From contig JASJGO010000199.1 in assembly GCA_033791505.1 (NCBI GenBank), forward strand, positions 1-55,648: a DNA stretch of 55,648 bases, in the 5' to 3' direction. The position numbers and the translations under genes were made by a program. This document shows positions 1 through 7,881 of this stretch, piece by piece (positions within the stretch are counted from its first letter, which is position 1; every line of letters begins with the position of its first letter). The notes below the pieces were generated by a model that was not told where the DNA came from, ran no database searches, and worked only from the letters and a program-made list of their open reading frames with translations. The stretch comes from Cycloclasticus sp. (GTDB taxonomy: Bacteria; Pseudomonadota; Gammaproteobacteria; Methylococcales; Cycloclasticaceae).

Positions 1-584
1 CCGGATGTAGCATCCTTGATCAACGTCAGCTTCCTCATAAATATCAATGCATCTATCATTTCGGTGTAATCAGGAATGCTTTCTTCGGCATAATCATCGA
101 ATGACATGATCCCATTCGGCACAAGCCTATCGAATGCAAGCTTGAAATCGAGCTCCACGCCTTCTGCAGAATGAAGTCCATCAATAAATATGAAGGAGAA
201 TTTTACTGTAGCGGGAAGCAATCCATTTTCTATTACTTCCGCAGTAGTGTGTTTGAGTATTTTTACCCGATTATCTAATTTGTTTCTAACCAAATTTTCC
301 TTAAAGATGTCGAAAGAACTTTGATTCTCGCCTCTCTCGACAAAAGCTCTACCACCCGTGTGAGGATCGATAGACCAAATGCGTTTATCAGAAGCATGAC
401 CCAACAACACGGCACTCCGACCCCATGCCGAGCCAATTTCCAGAATGTCTCCCTCCAACGCACCTGTTTGGGCTACCAGGTCATGCAAGAGCGACAGCTT
501 TTGTAAACTGGTCCACCCTTGGCAGCGTAGCGCCTTGGAAACTGCCCGTTTTTTGCCTAAATGACTGAGTATTCTGTTAAACAT
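1..584 (-). CDS. Class I SAM-dependent methyltransferase (Methyltransf_24-like), 3' end beyond window
   Basis: Not in the ORF track. Manual translation from ATG at 584 (GGGA RBS upstream) is open to the window edge: MFNRILSHLGKKRAVSK...ILEIGSAWGRS...WSIDPH...FIFIDGLHSAEGV..DF..AFDRLVPNGIMSFDDY, with motif I EIGS and the typical IDG-H and DDY motifs. Confidence 0.85.
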   Translation of the reverse strand, partial: MFNRILSHLGKKRAVSKALRCQGWTSLQKLSLLHDLVAQTGALEGDILEIGSAWGRSAVLLGHASDKRIWSIDPHTGGRAFVERGENQSSFDIFKENLVRNKLDNRVKILKHTTAEVIENGLLPATVKFSFIFIDGLHSAEGVELDFKLAFDRLVPNGIMSFDDYAEESIPDYTEMIDALIFMRKLTLIKDATS

Positions 585-602
585 TATTTATAATTCCCTA
601 TT

Positions 603-1334
603 TCAACTATTGCCCATGCGACGAGGTAAAAGACTAGCCAGCCTATTATCAAACGCAATTATTTCTTCATAGATTGTGCCACCGTATTTTTCGTTGAATA
701 GCTCTCGTCCATTTTGATAGCTACCAGAAAGATTGACCACCTGTTGGTCGTGTGTCGTTTTTTTCTTCAGTTCGGCCTTGGACACTTTCTCCAACACTGC
801 TTCTAACTTCAATGTATCCAGCTCCTCTCCGAAGTGTCGGCATACCTTAGCAAACTCGCACTCCATACTCACTTTCATGCCTTCATAAGTAATGATTGTT
901 TTCATTTTGGTGAAGTCTTCCTGTACTAGCCATTTGGCTAGATGTCGGGCATAGAGATTCGTCCAATGCCTGCGCCTTCCCTCATTGCCTGGATCTTCCT
1001 TGTAATAGCTAAGCTGTGAATAAACAGTTTCGACTGGGTTGCGATAAAGGTAGATCACATTTTTACGCTTCAATTCTAAATCCATATCATGGGTGTGATA
1101 ACAGGTGAAGACGTTAGCGTCTTTAAAATAGAAAGCGCGCACTAGCGCTGGCTTTTCAAAATATAGCTCCATAATCATTCGCAACCAGTGACTGCCTGTG
1201 CGCGAAAAACTCACCAGATAGGGAAAGTCCGGATTTTTGGTAAAATTATTGATAACTACCGAGTCGTCAATTGAAGCCGACCCATCCGCGTTCAGAACTC
1301 GGCTGACAATTTTTTTTAGCAATTTCGTACCCAT
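603..1334 (-). CDS. PAPS-dependent sulfotransferase domain protein
   Basis: 5'-PSB-like loop LVSFSRTGSHWLR, 3'-PB-like motif IYLYRNPVETVYS, and an ITYE motif; lies in the glycan operon. Confidence 0.75.
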   Translation of the reverse strand: MGTKLLKKIVSRVLNADGSASIDDSVVINNFTKNPDFPYLVSFSRTGSHWLRMIMELYFEKPALVRAFYFKDANVFTCYHTHDMDLELKRKNVIYLYRNPVETVYSQLSYYKEDPGNEGRRRHWTNLYARHLAKWLVQEDFTKMKTIITYEGMKVSMECEFAKVCRHFGEELDTLKLEAVLEKVSKAELKKKTTHDQQVVNLSGSYQNGRELFNEKYGGTIYEEIIAFDNRLASLLPRRMGNS

Positions 1335-1849
1335 TCAAAAATATTTGCTATTCAAATAAACCGCATCGCCCGCAGTCAATTGGCCGTCCGGGTGCGTATA
1401 GAGCTCATACAAGTTGAGCATTCTGAAACCTTGAGCCCTCAGATACACGTCGATGTCGCCAAAGAGGGGTTGGCCATCATATAGCGGGATAAACTCGATT
1501 TCGATGGCGATAATTTTGATACTTTCAAGTAATTTTCCGCATCCTTTCAAAGCCACGAGCTCATACCCCTGCAAGCCTAGCTTAAGTAAATCCACTTCGA
1601 GACAGTCTTTCATAACGTCTTCCAGCCTAACTTGTTGCGCCCCATGAACTTTTGCCTGAGCATACCCACCAGCTCTGGTATCGGCTCGAAGCTATGGATG
1701 ATGGGTGACTCGGTAGCTAACCTTGTCTTTATATCGGCGTAACGATCCCTGATAGCCATCTTGCCATACGTCCTGGCCTCAAGAGACGCTACCACGTACC
1801 TCTTAGATCGCAGCCACCGAATCAGCGGCCTCAATAATTTCTTTATCAA
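1335..1849 (-). pseudogene. Decayed FkbM-family methyltransferase split into ORFs 1610-1849 and 1335-1613
   Basis: Fragments keep IHSFEPIP, VRLEDV and DLLKLGLQGYELVALKG...EIEFIPLYDGQPLFGDI. The SAM-binding DxGAN motif and the central segment are missing, there is a frameshift near 1640, and the conserved KxDxQG Asp is Gly. Confidence 0.75.
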
Positions 1850-3327
1850 AGCACTCTCTCCATCTTGTCCGCAAGTTGTTTTGGAATAGTGAAATCGTCA
1901 TGTCCAAACACTAGTAAGCCCCAACCGCACAGCGGATGATGCTTGGAAGTCTTGTCTTTATAGGTCGGATAATAAAGCTGGTAATTTTTATCTGGATTCA
2001 ATGCATCTTTAACGTAATCGTATGAGCAGATTTGCTCCTGGTATTCGTCATAGATAAAATCTGAACGCCCTGGAACTTTAAAGTCATCGATCAGAATGTA
2101 GGCAGAACTAAAACGTCCAGTGATAAATTCTAACTCCTTTTTTAATGGCCATTCGAAACCATAGCCATGAGCATCTAGCCAGAACATGCATTGTTCCGAA
2201 AAAATCTCCGGCTCATATCTGGTGAGATGTTCGATGAATTGTTGTGATGTCCCGTTGAGCAAAGAAACATTGCCAGCTTTCACCGTATTTATACTCGCTT
2301 GCTCAAAGGCTGACTGATCCGGCTCACAAGAAAGACAGCGAATCATCGGGTTATTTTTGGCAACATAAGCAAGTGTCGATCCCACATTCGCGCCTGTCTC
2401 GATGAACACCTTGCTGGCAAGAGCAAGGTGTTCAGCCAGACCGAGCAAATATTCGTCACCATGAAACCCGACATCCAGGAGCTGAGATTGTCTTACTTTA
2501 GACGACCGCTTTCGAAAGGTAGACGTCAATTTGAATCTTAGTTTGTCGAACATGGATAAACTGTCCTTTTGTAAAGTAGTGTCAACTATCGCTCTCATCA
2601 ACCTGTCTCCTCCACTGTCGAGTGGATGCTGGGTATGAAGCAACTGCACGACCTTTTTTTTCCCCATCAGCATTTTTTCCAAACTTTTGTCCCGCACGTA
2701 AACAAGATTGGCAGCAAGCTTCATGGCCTTTGTGTAGCCATGCGGCAAAATCAGTTTGTCCAATTGCCTCTCATGCAACGGGCTGTCCGACTCAATGACC
2801 ATCACTCTGGGACGGTGGCGAATAAAGTCCAACCCCTTCACCGCCTCAGCTTCATATCCTTCTATATCCAGCGAAAGGATATCAATCTCAATGATATGAT
2901 AATAGTCCAGCAAGGTACTCAACCGTACTTTTTTTACCTGCTGCTCTTCAAAACCTGAAAAATATGGGGCGTAATCACGTTGCCATCGGGCCTCGCTTGT
3001 TTTATCCAGTGTAGATAGACTTCCCCTGGCATTCGCATAAAAAATCGCATCCTCGTCAGCTTCTCCTGCTGCACAATGGCAAACAATGCTGTTGGGGCGG
3101 TTTTTTTTCAGCAATTCAATATATCCGTTATGCGCCTCTATGCACATTCCCTTCCATCCACGCTCTTCAAAAGTTAATGTATTGCTGAAACGCCTGCCAT
3201 CTATACACCCCACTTCGACAAAGAAGCCCTCTTTTTGATTGCCGAAGATCAAGTCCAGAAGCGCATCTTCGCCATGCTGACTATAGTATTGTCTCAAGAT
3301 ATCCTCTTTATTTAAGAAAGCCGCCAT
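1846..3327 (-). CDS. Tandem two-domain SAM methyltransferase (N-terminal FkbM/Methyltransf_21 domain plus a second class I domain)
   Basis: N-domain YYSQHGED..FFVEVGCIDG..SNT..GWKG..IEA and LSLDIEGYE; C-domain VFIETGANVG, SCEPD, FWLDAH, ILIDDF. Confidence 0.8.
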   Translation of the reverse strand: MAAFLNKEDILRQYYSQHGEDALLDLIFGNQKEGFFVEVGCIDGRRFSNTLTFEERGWKGMCIEAHNGYIELLKKNRPNSIVCHCAAGEADEDAIFYANARGSLSTLDKTSEARWQRDYAPYFSGFEEQQVKKVRLSTLLDYYHIIEIDILSLDIEGYEAEAVKGLDFIRHRPRVMVIESDSPLHERQLDKLILPHGYTKAMKLAANLVYVRDKSLEKMLMGKKKVVQLLHTQHPLDSGGDRLMRAIVDTTLQKDSLSMFDKLRFKLTSTFRKRSSKVRQSQLLDVGFHGDEYLLGLAEHLALASKVFIETGANVGSTLAYVAKNNPMIRCLSCEPDQSAFEQASINTVKAGNVSLLNGTSQQFIEHLTRYEPEIFSEQCMFWLDAHGYGFEWPLKKELEFITGRFSSAYILIDDFKVPGRSDFIYDEYQEQICSYDYVKDALNPDKNYQLYYPTYKDKTSKHHPLCGWGLLVFGHDDFTIPKQLADKMERVL

Positions 3328-4586
3328 ACAGATTCGGCCAACACATCACCAAGTACCGAAGAATTGCAATTTTTATGGTTTATAGAAATTTCGCTAATTT
3401 CAAAATTAAAGGCTTTTACAACATGATCAAGCGCCAATTTGTTGCGTCTTAAACCGAGGGCTAATGAATATGTTCCTGGTTTGAGATGCAGACCGGGAAG
3501 CCTCAGGTTTATCGATATGACAGCATCCCTGCTTGAGGAGAACAGCATCCCTACTTCTTCACTTAAGACAGTCGTAATCCGGTAATCCATGAAGTTATCC
3601 AATCCAATAACGATAGACAGGTTATCAACCGCCTCGAACGCTTTAATATTTAGATCGAAGCTGATGTCTTCACCTAATTTGAAGCCGCTCGTTCTATCAC
3701 CGTTGCTATTTACCGGCCATACGTTGATGATTCGTGCGATAGTGCCATACTCAGGATTAACGCGAAGCATCTCATCAATACTTACTTTCGCACTCATTGA
3801 TGAATCATTTAGGTACGATTCAATCACCCTTTCTATATTACCTGTATCTTTCATGATGCCATCACTTAGCAAGACGCCTCTACAACATAGTTGCTGAATA
3901 GCCGCCATGTTATGACTAACAAACAAAATCGTTCTGCCCGCTTTACTTACATCATCCATCTTCCCCAAGCACTTTTTTTGGAACTGCGCGTCTCCCACAG
4001 CCAGCACCTCATCTATCACTAATATTTCGGACTCTAAATGCGCCGCAACTGCAAAAGCCAAACGAACATACATACCGCTGGAATAACGTTTTACAGGGGT
4101 ATCTAGAAACTTATCTACTTCGGCAAAGGCGACAATGTCATCGAATTTTAGTTTTATTTCTTTCCGGCTCATCCCTAATATTGCGCCATTTAGATAGATG
4201 TTTTCTCGCCCGGTAAGCTCTGGGTGAAAGCCTGTGCCGACTTCTAACAAACTGGCAATTCTGCCGTTGATATGAATTTTGCCACTGGTGGGATCTGTAA
4301 TACGTGAGAGTACTTTTAATAGGGTGGATTTACCCGCGCCGTTACGCCCGATGATGCCGACTTTATCGCCCTGGTTAATCTCAAAATTAATGTCTTTTAG
4401 CGCCCAAAATTCTTCTTGCGTTTGTGCATCTATTTCTGACTGGCTAAATGGGTGAATAATTTTGTTCGCAATACGTTGGCCACCCTGCATAAGCGATTCG
4501 CTGAGCGTTTTATAGCCTTGCGTTTTTTTCTCATGACTGATGATGTATTTCTTGCTGAGGTTTTCTACTTTAATGGCAATGGTCAT
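3312..4586 (-). CDS. wzt: Polysaccharide ABC exporter ATP-binding subunit with C-terminal Wzt_C-type domain
   Basis: Walker A GRNGAGKST, signature YSSGM, Walker B ILVIDEVLAVGD, H-loop FVSH, then a C-terminal extension of about 170 aa ending LKPGTYSLALGL. Confidence 0.92.
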   Translation of the reverse strand: MTIAIKVENLSKKYIISHEKKTQGYKTLSESLMQGGQRIANKIIHPFSQSEIDAQTQEEFWALKDINFEINQGDKVGIIGRNGAGKSTLLKVLSRITDPTSGKIHINGRIASLLEVGTGFHPELTGRENIYLNGAILGMSRKEIKLKFDDIVAFAEVDKFLDTPVKRYSSGMYVRLAFAVAAHLESEILVIDEVLAVGDAQFQKKCLGKMDDVSKAGRTILFVSHNMAAIQQLCCRGVLLSDGIMKDTGNIERVIESYLNDSSMSAKVSIDEMLRVNPEYGTIARIINVWPVNSNGDRTSGFKLGEDISFDLNIKAFEAVDNLSIVIGLDNFMDYRITTVLSEEVGMLFSSSRDAVISINLRLPGLHLKPGTYSLALGLRRNKLALDHVVKAFNFEISEISINHKNCNSSVLGDVLAESVWRLS

Positions 4587-5419
4587 TAGATAACGTCCGC
4601 AAAGAGTTTTTCGGTTTTTCTAAAGTGAATAACACCTACCAAACACATTATTAAAGCCACACTGACCGACATAATTAATTCCGTTTGATTTAATGCCGTT
4701 GTACCACCGCTGAGCGCCCAGCGAAAGCCATCTATAACGCCGACCATGGGATTTAAATAATAAAAAATAAGATATTGTTCCGGCACAATGGTGGTGCTGA
4801 AGCCAACAGGGGAAATATAAAGCCCTAACTGAACAATGAAGGGAACAACAAAGCGAAAATCCCGGTATTTAACGTTCAAGGAGGCAAAGAATAAGCCCGC
4901 GCCAATAGTTGCTATAAAGCTAAGCAATAAAAAAGCGGGGAGCGTAAGCACCTGCCACCCTGGCCAATAGCTGTACCAAGCCATTAGGGCTATTAATATA
5001 GCAAATGAAATTAGAAAATCCACCACAGAAACAATTACCGAGGCGGTAGGGATAATTAATCTCGGAAAATAAACCTTTGATATTAAGTTCGAATTACTAA
5101 TGAGGCTATTGCTGGCATCGGCAAAGGCTGAGGAAAAAAACATCCACGGCAGCATCGCGGCGAATACAAAGATGGGGTACGGCACCCCTTCACTCGGTAG
5201 TTTGGCGATTTTTCCAAAAACCACGACAAAAATCATCATCGTTAATAGCGGCCTTAAAACAGCCCACAACACCCCAATTACAGTTTGCTTATATCGAACG
5301 GATATATCACGCCAGGCCAAAATGTAGAATAACTCTCTATACCGCCATAGATCAGCCCAGTAATGCCGCTCTGACTTGCCGGCTTCTATAGTGAATTGAA
5401 ACTCCTGATTTTTTTCCAT
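4586..5419 (-). CDS. wzm: Polysaccharide ABC exporter permease
   Basis: LWRYREL..LAWRDISVRYKQT..G.LWA, KVYFPR, YRD, LNPM; about 6 TM segments; TAATG coupling to wzt. Confidence 0.92.
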   Translation of the reverse strand: MEKNQEFQFTIEAGKSERHYWADLWRYRELFYILAWRDISVRYKQTVIGVLWAVLRPLLTMMIFVVVFGKIAKLPSEGVPYPIFVFAAMLPWMFFSSAFADASNSLISNSNLISKVYFPRLIIPTASVIVSVVDFLISFAILIALMAWYSYWPGWQVLTLPAFLLLSFIATIGAGLFFASLNVKYRDFRFVVPFIVQLGLYISPVGFSTTIVPEQYLIFYYLNPMVGVIDGFRWALSGGTTALNQTELIMSVSVALIMCLVGVIHFRKTEKLFADVI

Positions 5420-5425
5420 CTATCC

Positions 5426-6193
5426 TTAAACCACGCTTAATAAACGATTTTTTACATATACCACCTTCCTATAGGGCAAATACATCATCCAGTATAGGCT
5501 ATATATGACCCGCAAAAGCGCTGTCGGTTGAGCGCCTTGTTGTGCTTTTCTTTCTTCCATAAACCGCTGTTTTAAACTTGCCCAATCTTGTTTTGAGCTC
5601 ACACCCGTATCTCGCATAATGGATAATACCTGCTGATGTATTTCCATTGACGCTCCTATTTTGTACGCCCTTAGAAAAAAATCATAATCCAGCGCTATTT
5701 TAAAACTTGTGTTAAACCCGCCTAATTTTTCAAGCAGTTCTTTTTTACAAAAAGCGCCTTGATGCATAACGGGTGTTTTGAAGTACGTCCTCACACCTAG
5801 TTTTTTTGTCGTTTTTCTAAGGAATCTATTTCCTTTTTTAAAGAGAATATCGAATGCATAAATATCTGATTTCCCTTGCATCAGTTTAGACGCCTCGAAT
5901 ACTACATGGCTATCTTTAAAATAATCATCTGCGTGTAAAAACAAAATATAGTCGCCTGTAGCAAGAGCGATCCCTTTGTTCATTGCGTCTGCGATGCCTT
6001 TATCTGGCTCCGAAATATACCGGTCAATAGATGGTTCATATCGTTTGATAATATCGAGCGTTGTATCACTAGAGCCTCCATCTATTAAGATGTATTCAAT
6101 CGCTATATTTTTTTGTTCGAGAACACTTTTTATCGTTTGTTCAATGTATTTTTCTGCATTAAAACAAACGGTGATCACTGTTATTGTTGGCAT
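5426..6193 (-). CDS. Family 2 glycosyltransferase (WcaE/PGL-like)
   Basis: ITVITVCFN, IDGGSSD.T, SEPDKGI.DAMNKG, FLHADD, HQG, DYDFFLR. Confidence 0.88.
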   Translation of the reverse strand: MPTITVITVCFNAEKYIEQTIKSVLEQKNIAIEYILIDGGSSDTTLDIIKRYEPSIDRYISEPDKGIADAMNKGIALATGDYILFLHADDYFKDSHVVFEASKLMQGKSDIYAFDILFKKGNRFLRKTTKKLGVRTYFKTPVMHQGAFCKKELLEKLGGFNTSFKIALDYDFFLRAYKIGASMEIHQQVLSIMRDTGVSSKQDWASLKQRFMEERKAQQGAQPTALLRVIYSLYWMMYLPYRKVVYVKNRLLSVV

Positions 6194-6224
6194 TTATATA
6201 ACGCTAATTAACTTCTACCCTGCT

Positions 6225-6278
6225 AAGTATAGGTTAGCTTGAACAAAGTTTCAGCAAACCCTGTTTTCAACTATACTT
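6225..6278. promoter_or_regulatory. Back-to-back putative -10 elements for the glycan operon (-) and manC (+)
   Basis: TATACT on the minus strand at 6226-6231 and on the plus strand at 6272-6277, embedded in the inverted repeat AAGTATAG/CTATACTT. Confidence 0.4.
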
Positions 6279-6344
6279 TATTTACCTTAAATTTTTATTC
6301 GCGTAGTCGTATCAATATAAAACGGAATTTTCACTAAATCAGTT

Positions 6345-7754
6345 ATGAATAAAATCATCCCTGTTGTTCTCTCAGGCGGCTCTGGCACTCGACTATGGCC
6401 CTTGTCTCGTAAATCTCGACCGAAGCAGTTTTTGGCTATTTCGTCTGATAAAACGATGTTTCAGGACACCTTATTGCGGCTTGATGCGCCTAATATTGCT
6501 AATCAACCCATAGTCATTTGCAGCGATGATCATCGGTTTATGGTGGCCGAACAACTGCGTGAACTGGATATAACTGCTGAATCAATTATTCTGGAACCCA
6601 CAGGGCGCAACACGGCACCCGCTCTCACGATTGCCTCACTGGCCAGTGATCCTGAGGCTATTTTGCTTATTTTGCCGTCCGATCATGTGATCGCTGACAA
6701 AGAGGCTTTTCATCAGGCCATATCAATCGCCCAACCGCTGGCCGAGTCAGGGCAAATCGTCACCTTTGGTATTGTTCCAACCCACGTTGAAACGGGTTTC
6801 GGTTACATTGAAGCCGGCGATTCGTCTAATAAGGATTGGCTTCCTATAACTCGCTTTGTTGAAAAGCCGAACGCTGAAACAGCTCAAACATATTTGGACG
6901 CGGGTAATTTCTTCTGGAACAGCGGCATGTTTATGTTTAAGGCGTCGAGACTACTGGCTGAAATGAAGTCCTTTCGGCCCGATATTGTAAATGCTTGCTC
7001 AGATGCGTTTAACAAGGCTATCAAAGATATGGACTTTACCCGGTTAGATTCAACCGCCTTTGAGTATTGCCCTTCTGACTCTATTGACTACGCAGTGATG
7101 GAAAAAACCGATAGTGCCATCGTCGTTCCACTGGATGCTGGCTGGAGCGACTTAGGCTCCTGGACGTCGCTATGGGAAGCGGGCATGAAGGATAGCAACA
7201 ACAATATTATTAAGGGCGACGTGTTGCAAAAATCTTCGACCAATTGCTATATCCATTCTGAACACCGCCTTGTAACGACCTTAGGTCTGGATAAGGTGAT
7301 CGTGGTGGAAACAGCGGATGCGGTGATGGTGGCACATCCCGACTACGTTCAAGACGTTAAAGCCCTAGTTGACCAGTTAAAAGATGAAAATCGTAGCGAA
7401 TCTGAAAGCCATCGTCAAATTTACCGCCCCTGGGGGAAGTACGACTCGGTAGACGTTGGCGAACGCTATCAGGTAAAACGGATTACGGTAAACCCTGGCG
7501 CCAAGCTGTCTGTGCAGATGCATCACCACCGGGCTGAACACTGGATTGTCGTATCGGGAACCGCTAAGGTAACGATTGATGGCAAAGAACAGTTGCTCGC
7601 TGAAAACCAATCCACTTACGTTCCCATTGGCTCCATTCACTCTTTGGAAAACCCCGGCAAAGTGCCCGTAGAAATGATTGAAGTACAATCTGGCTCTTAC
7701 CTAGGTGAAGATGACATTACGCGATATGAAGACCTTTATGGCAGACATCAATAA
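6345..7754 (+). CDS. manC: Mannose-1-phosphate guanylyltransferase / mannose-6-phosphate isomerase
   Basis: GGSGTRLWPLSR..PKQF, EP.GRNTAPA, FVEKP, WNSGMF, SIDYAVME, GWSDLGSW, and a C-terminal cupin with RPWG and HHHRAEHW. Confidence 0.95.
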   Translation: MNKIIPVVLSGGSGTRLWPLSRKSRPKQFLAISSDKTMFQDTLLRLDAPNIANQPIVICSDDHRFMVAEQLRELDITAESIILEPTGRNTAPALTIASLASDPEAILLILPSDHVIADKEAFHQAISIAQPLAESGQIVTFGIVPTHVETGFGYIEAGDSSNKDWLPITRFVEKPNAETAQTYLDAGNFFWNSGMFMFKASRLLAEMKSFRPDIVNACSDAFNKAIKDMDFTRLDSTAFEYCPSDSIDYAVMEKTDSAIVVPLDAGWSDLGSWTSLWEAGMKDSNNNIIKGDVLQKSSTNCYIHSEHRLVTTLGLDKVIVVETADAVMVAHPDYVQDVKALVDQLKDENRSESESHRQIYRPWGKYDSVDVGERYQVKRITVNPGAKLSVQMHHHRAEHWIVVSGTAKVTIDGKEQLLAENQSTYVPIGSIHSLENPGKVPVEMIEVQSGSYLGEDDITRYEDLYGRHQ

Positions 7755-7802
7755 AAATCACTAGTTCATCACACCTTTAATGCTTTTTCACAGCATATAC
7801 GC

Positions 7803-7830
7803 TGGACAAAACCTCAATTTCTACTACTAT
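7803..7830 (+). promoter_or_regulatory. Putative sigma70 promoter for pilB
   Basis: TGGACA-16 nt-TACTAT ending about 50 nt before the pilB ATG. Confidence 0.35.
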
Positions 7831-7881
7831 TAGCAAATGAGTTTTATCAACTGTTCAATATAGGGATTTATTCAACTAAAG

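Noticed and set aside
275-506. ORFs 275-463 (-) and 321-506 (+)
   Set aside because: Shadow frames of the methyltransferase at 1-584
1640-1643. G4 run as a phase-variation switch for the split FkbM gene
   Set aside because: The run is too short, and restoring the frame gives only about 171 aa still lacking the SAM-binding motif
5042-5049. GGCGGTAG resembling the RfaH ops element
   Set aside because: It lies inside wzm on the antisense strand, not in a leader; no JUMPstart is seen at 6194-6344
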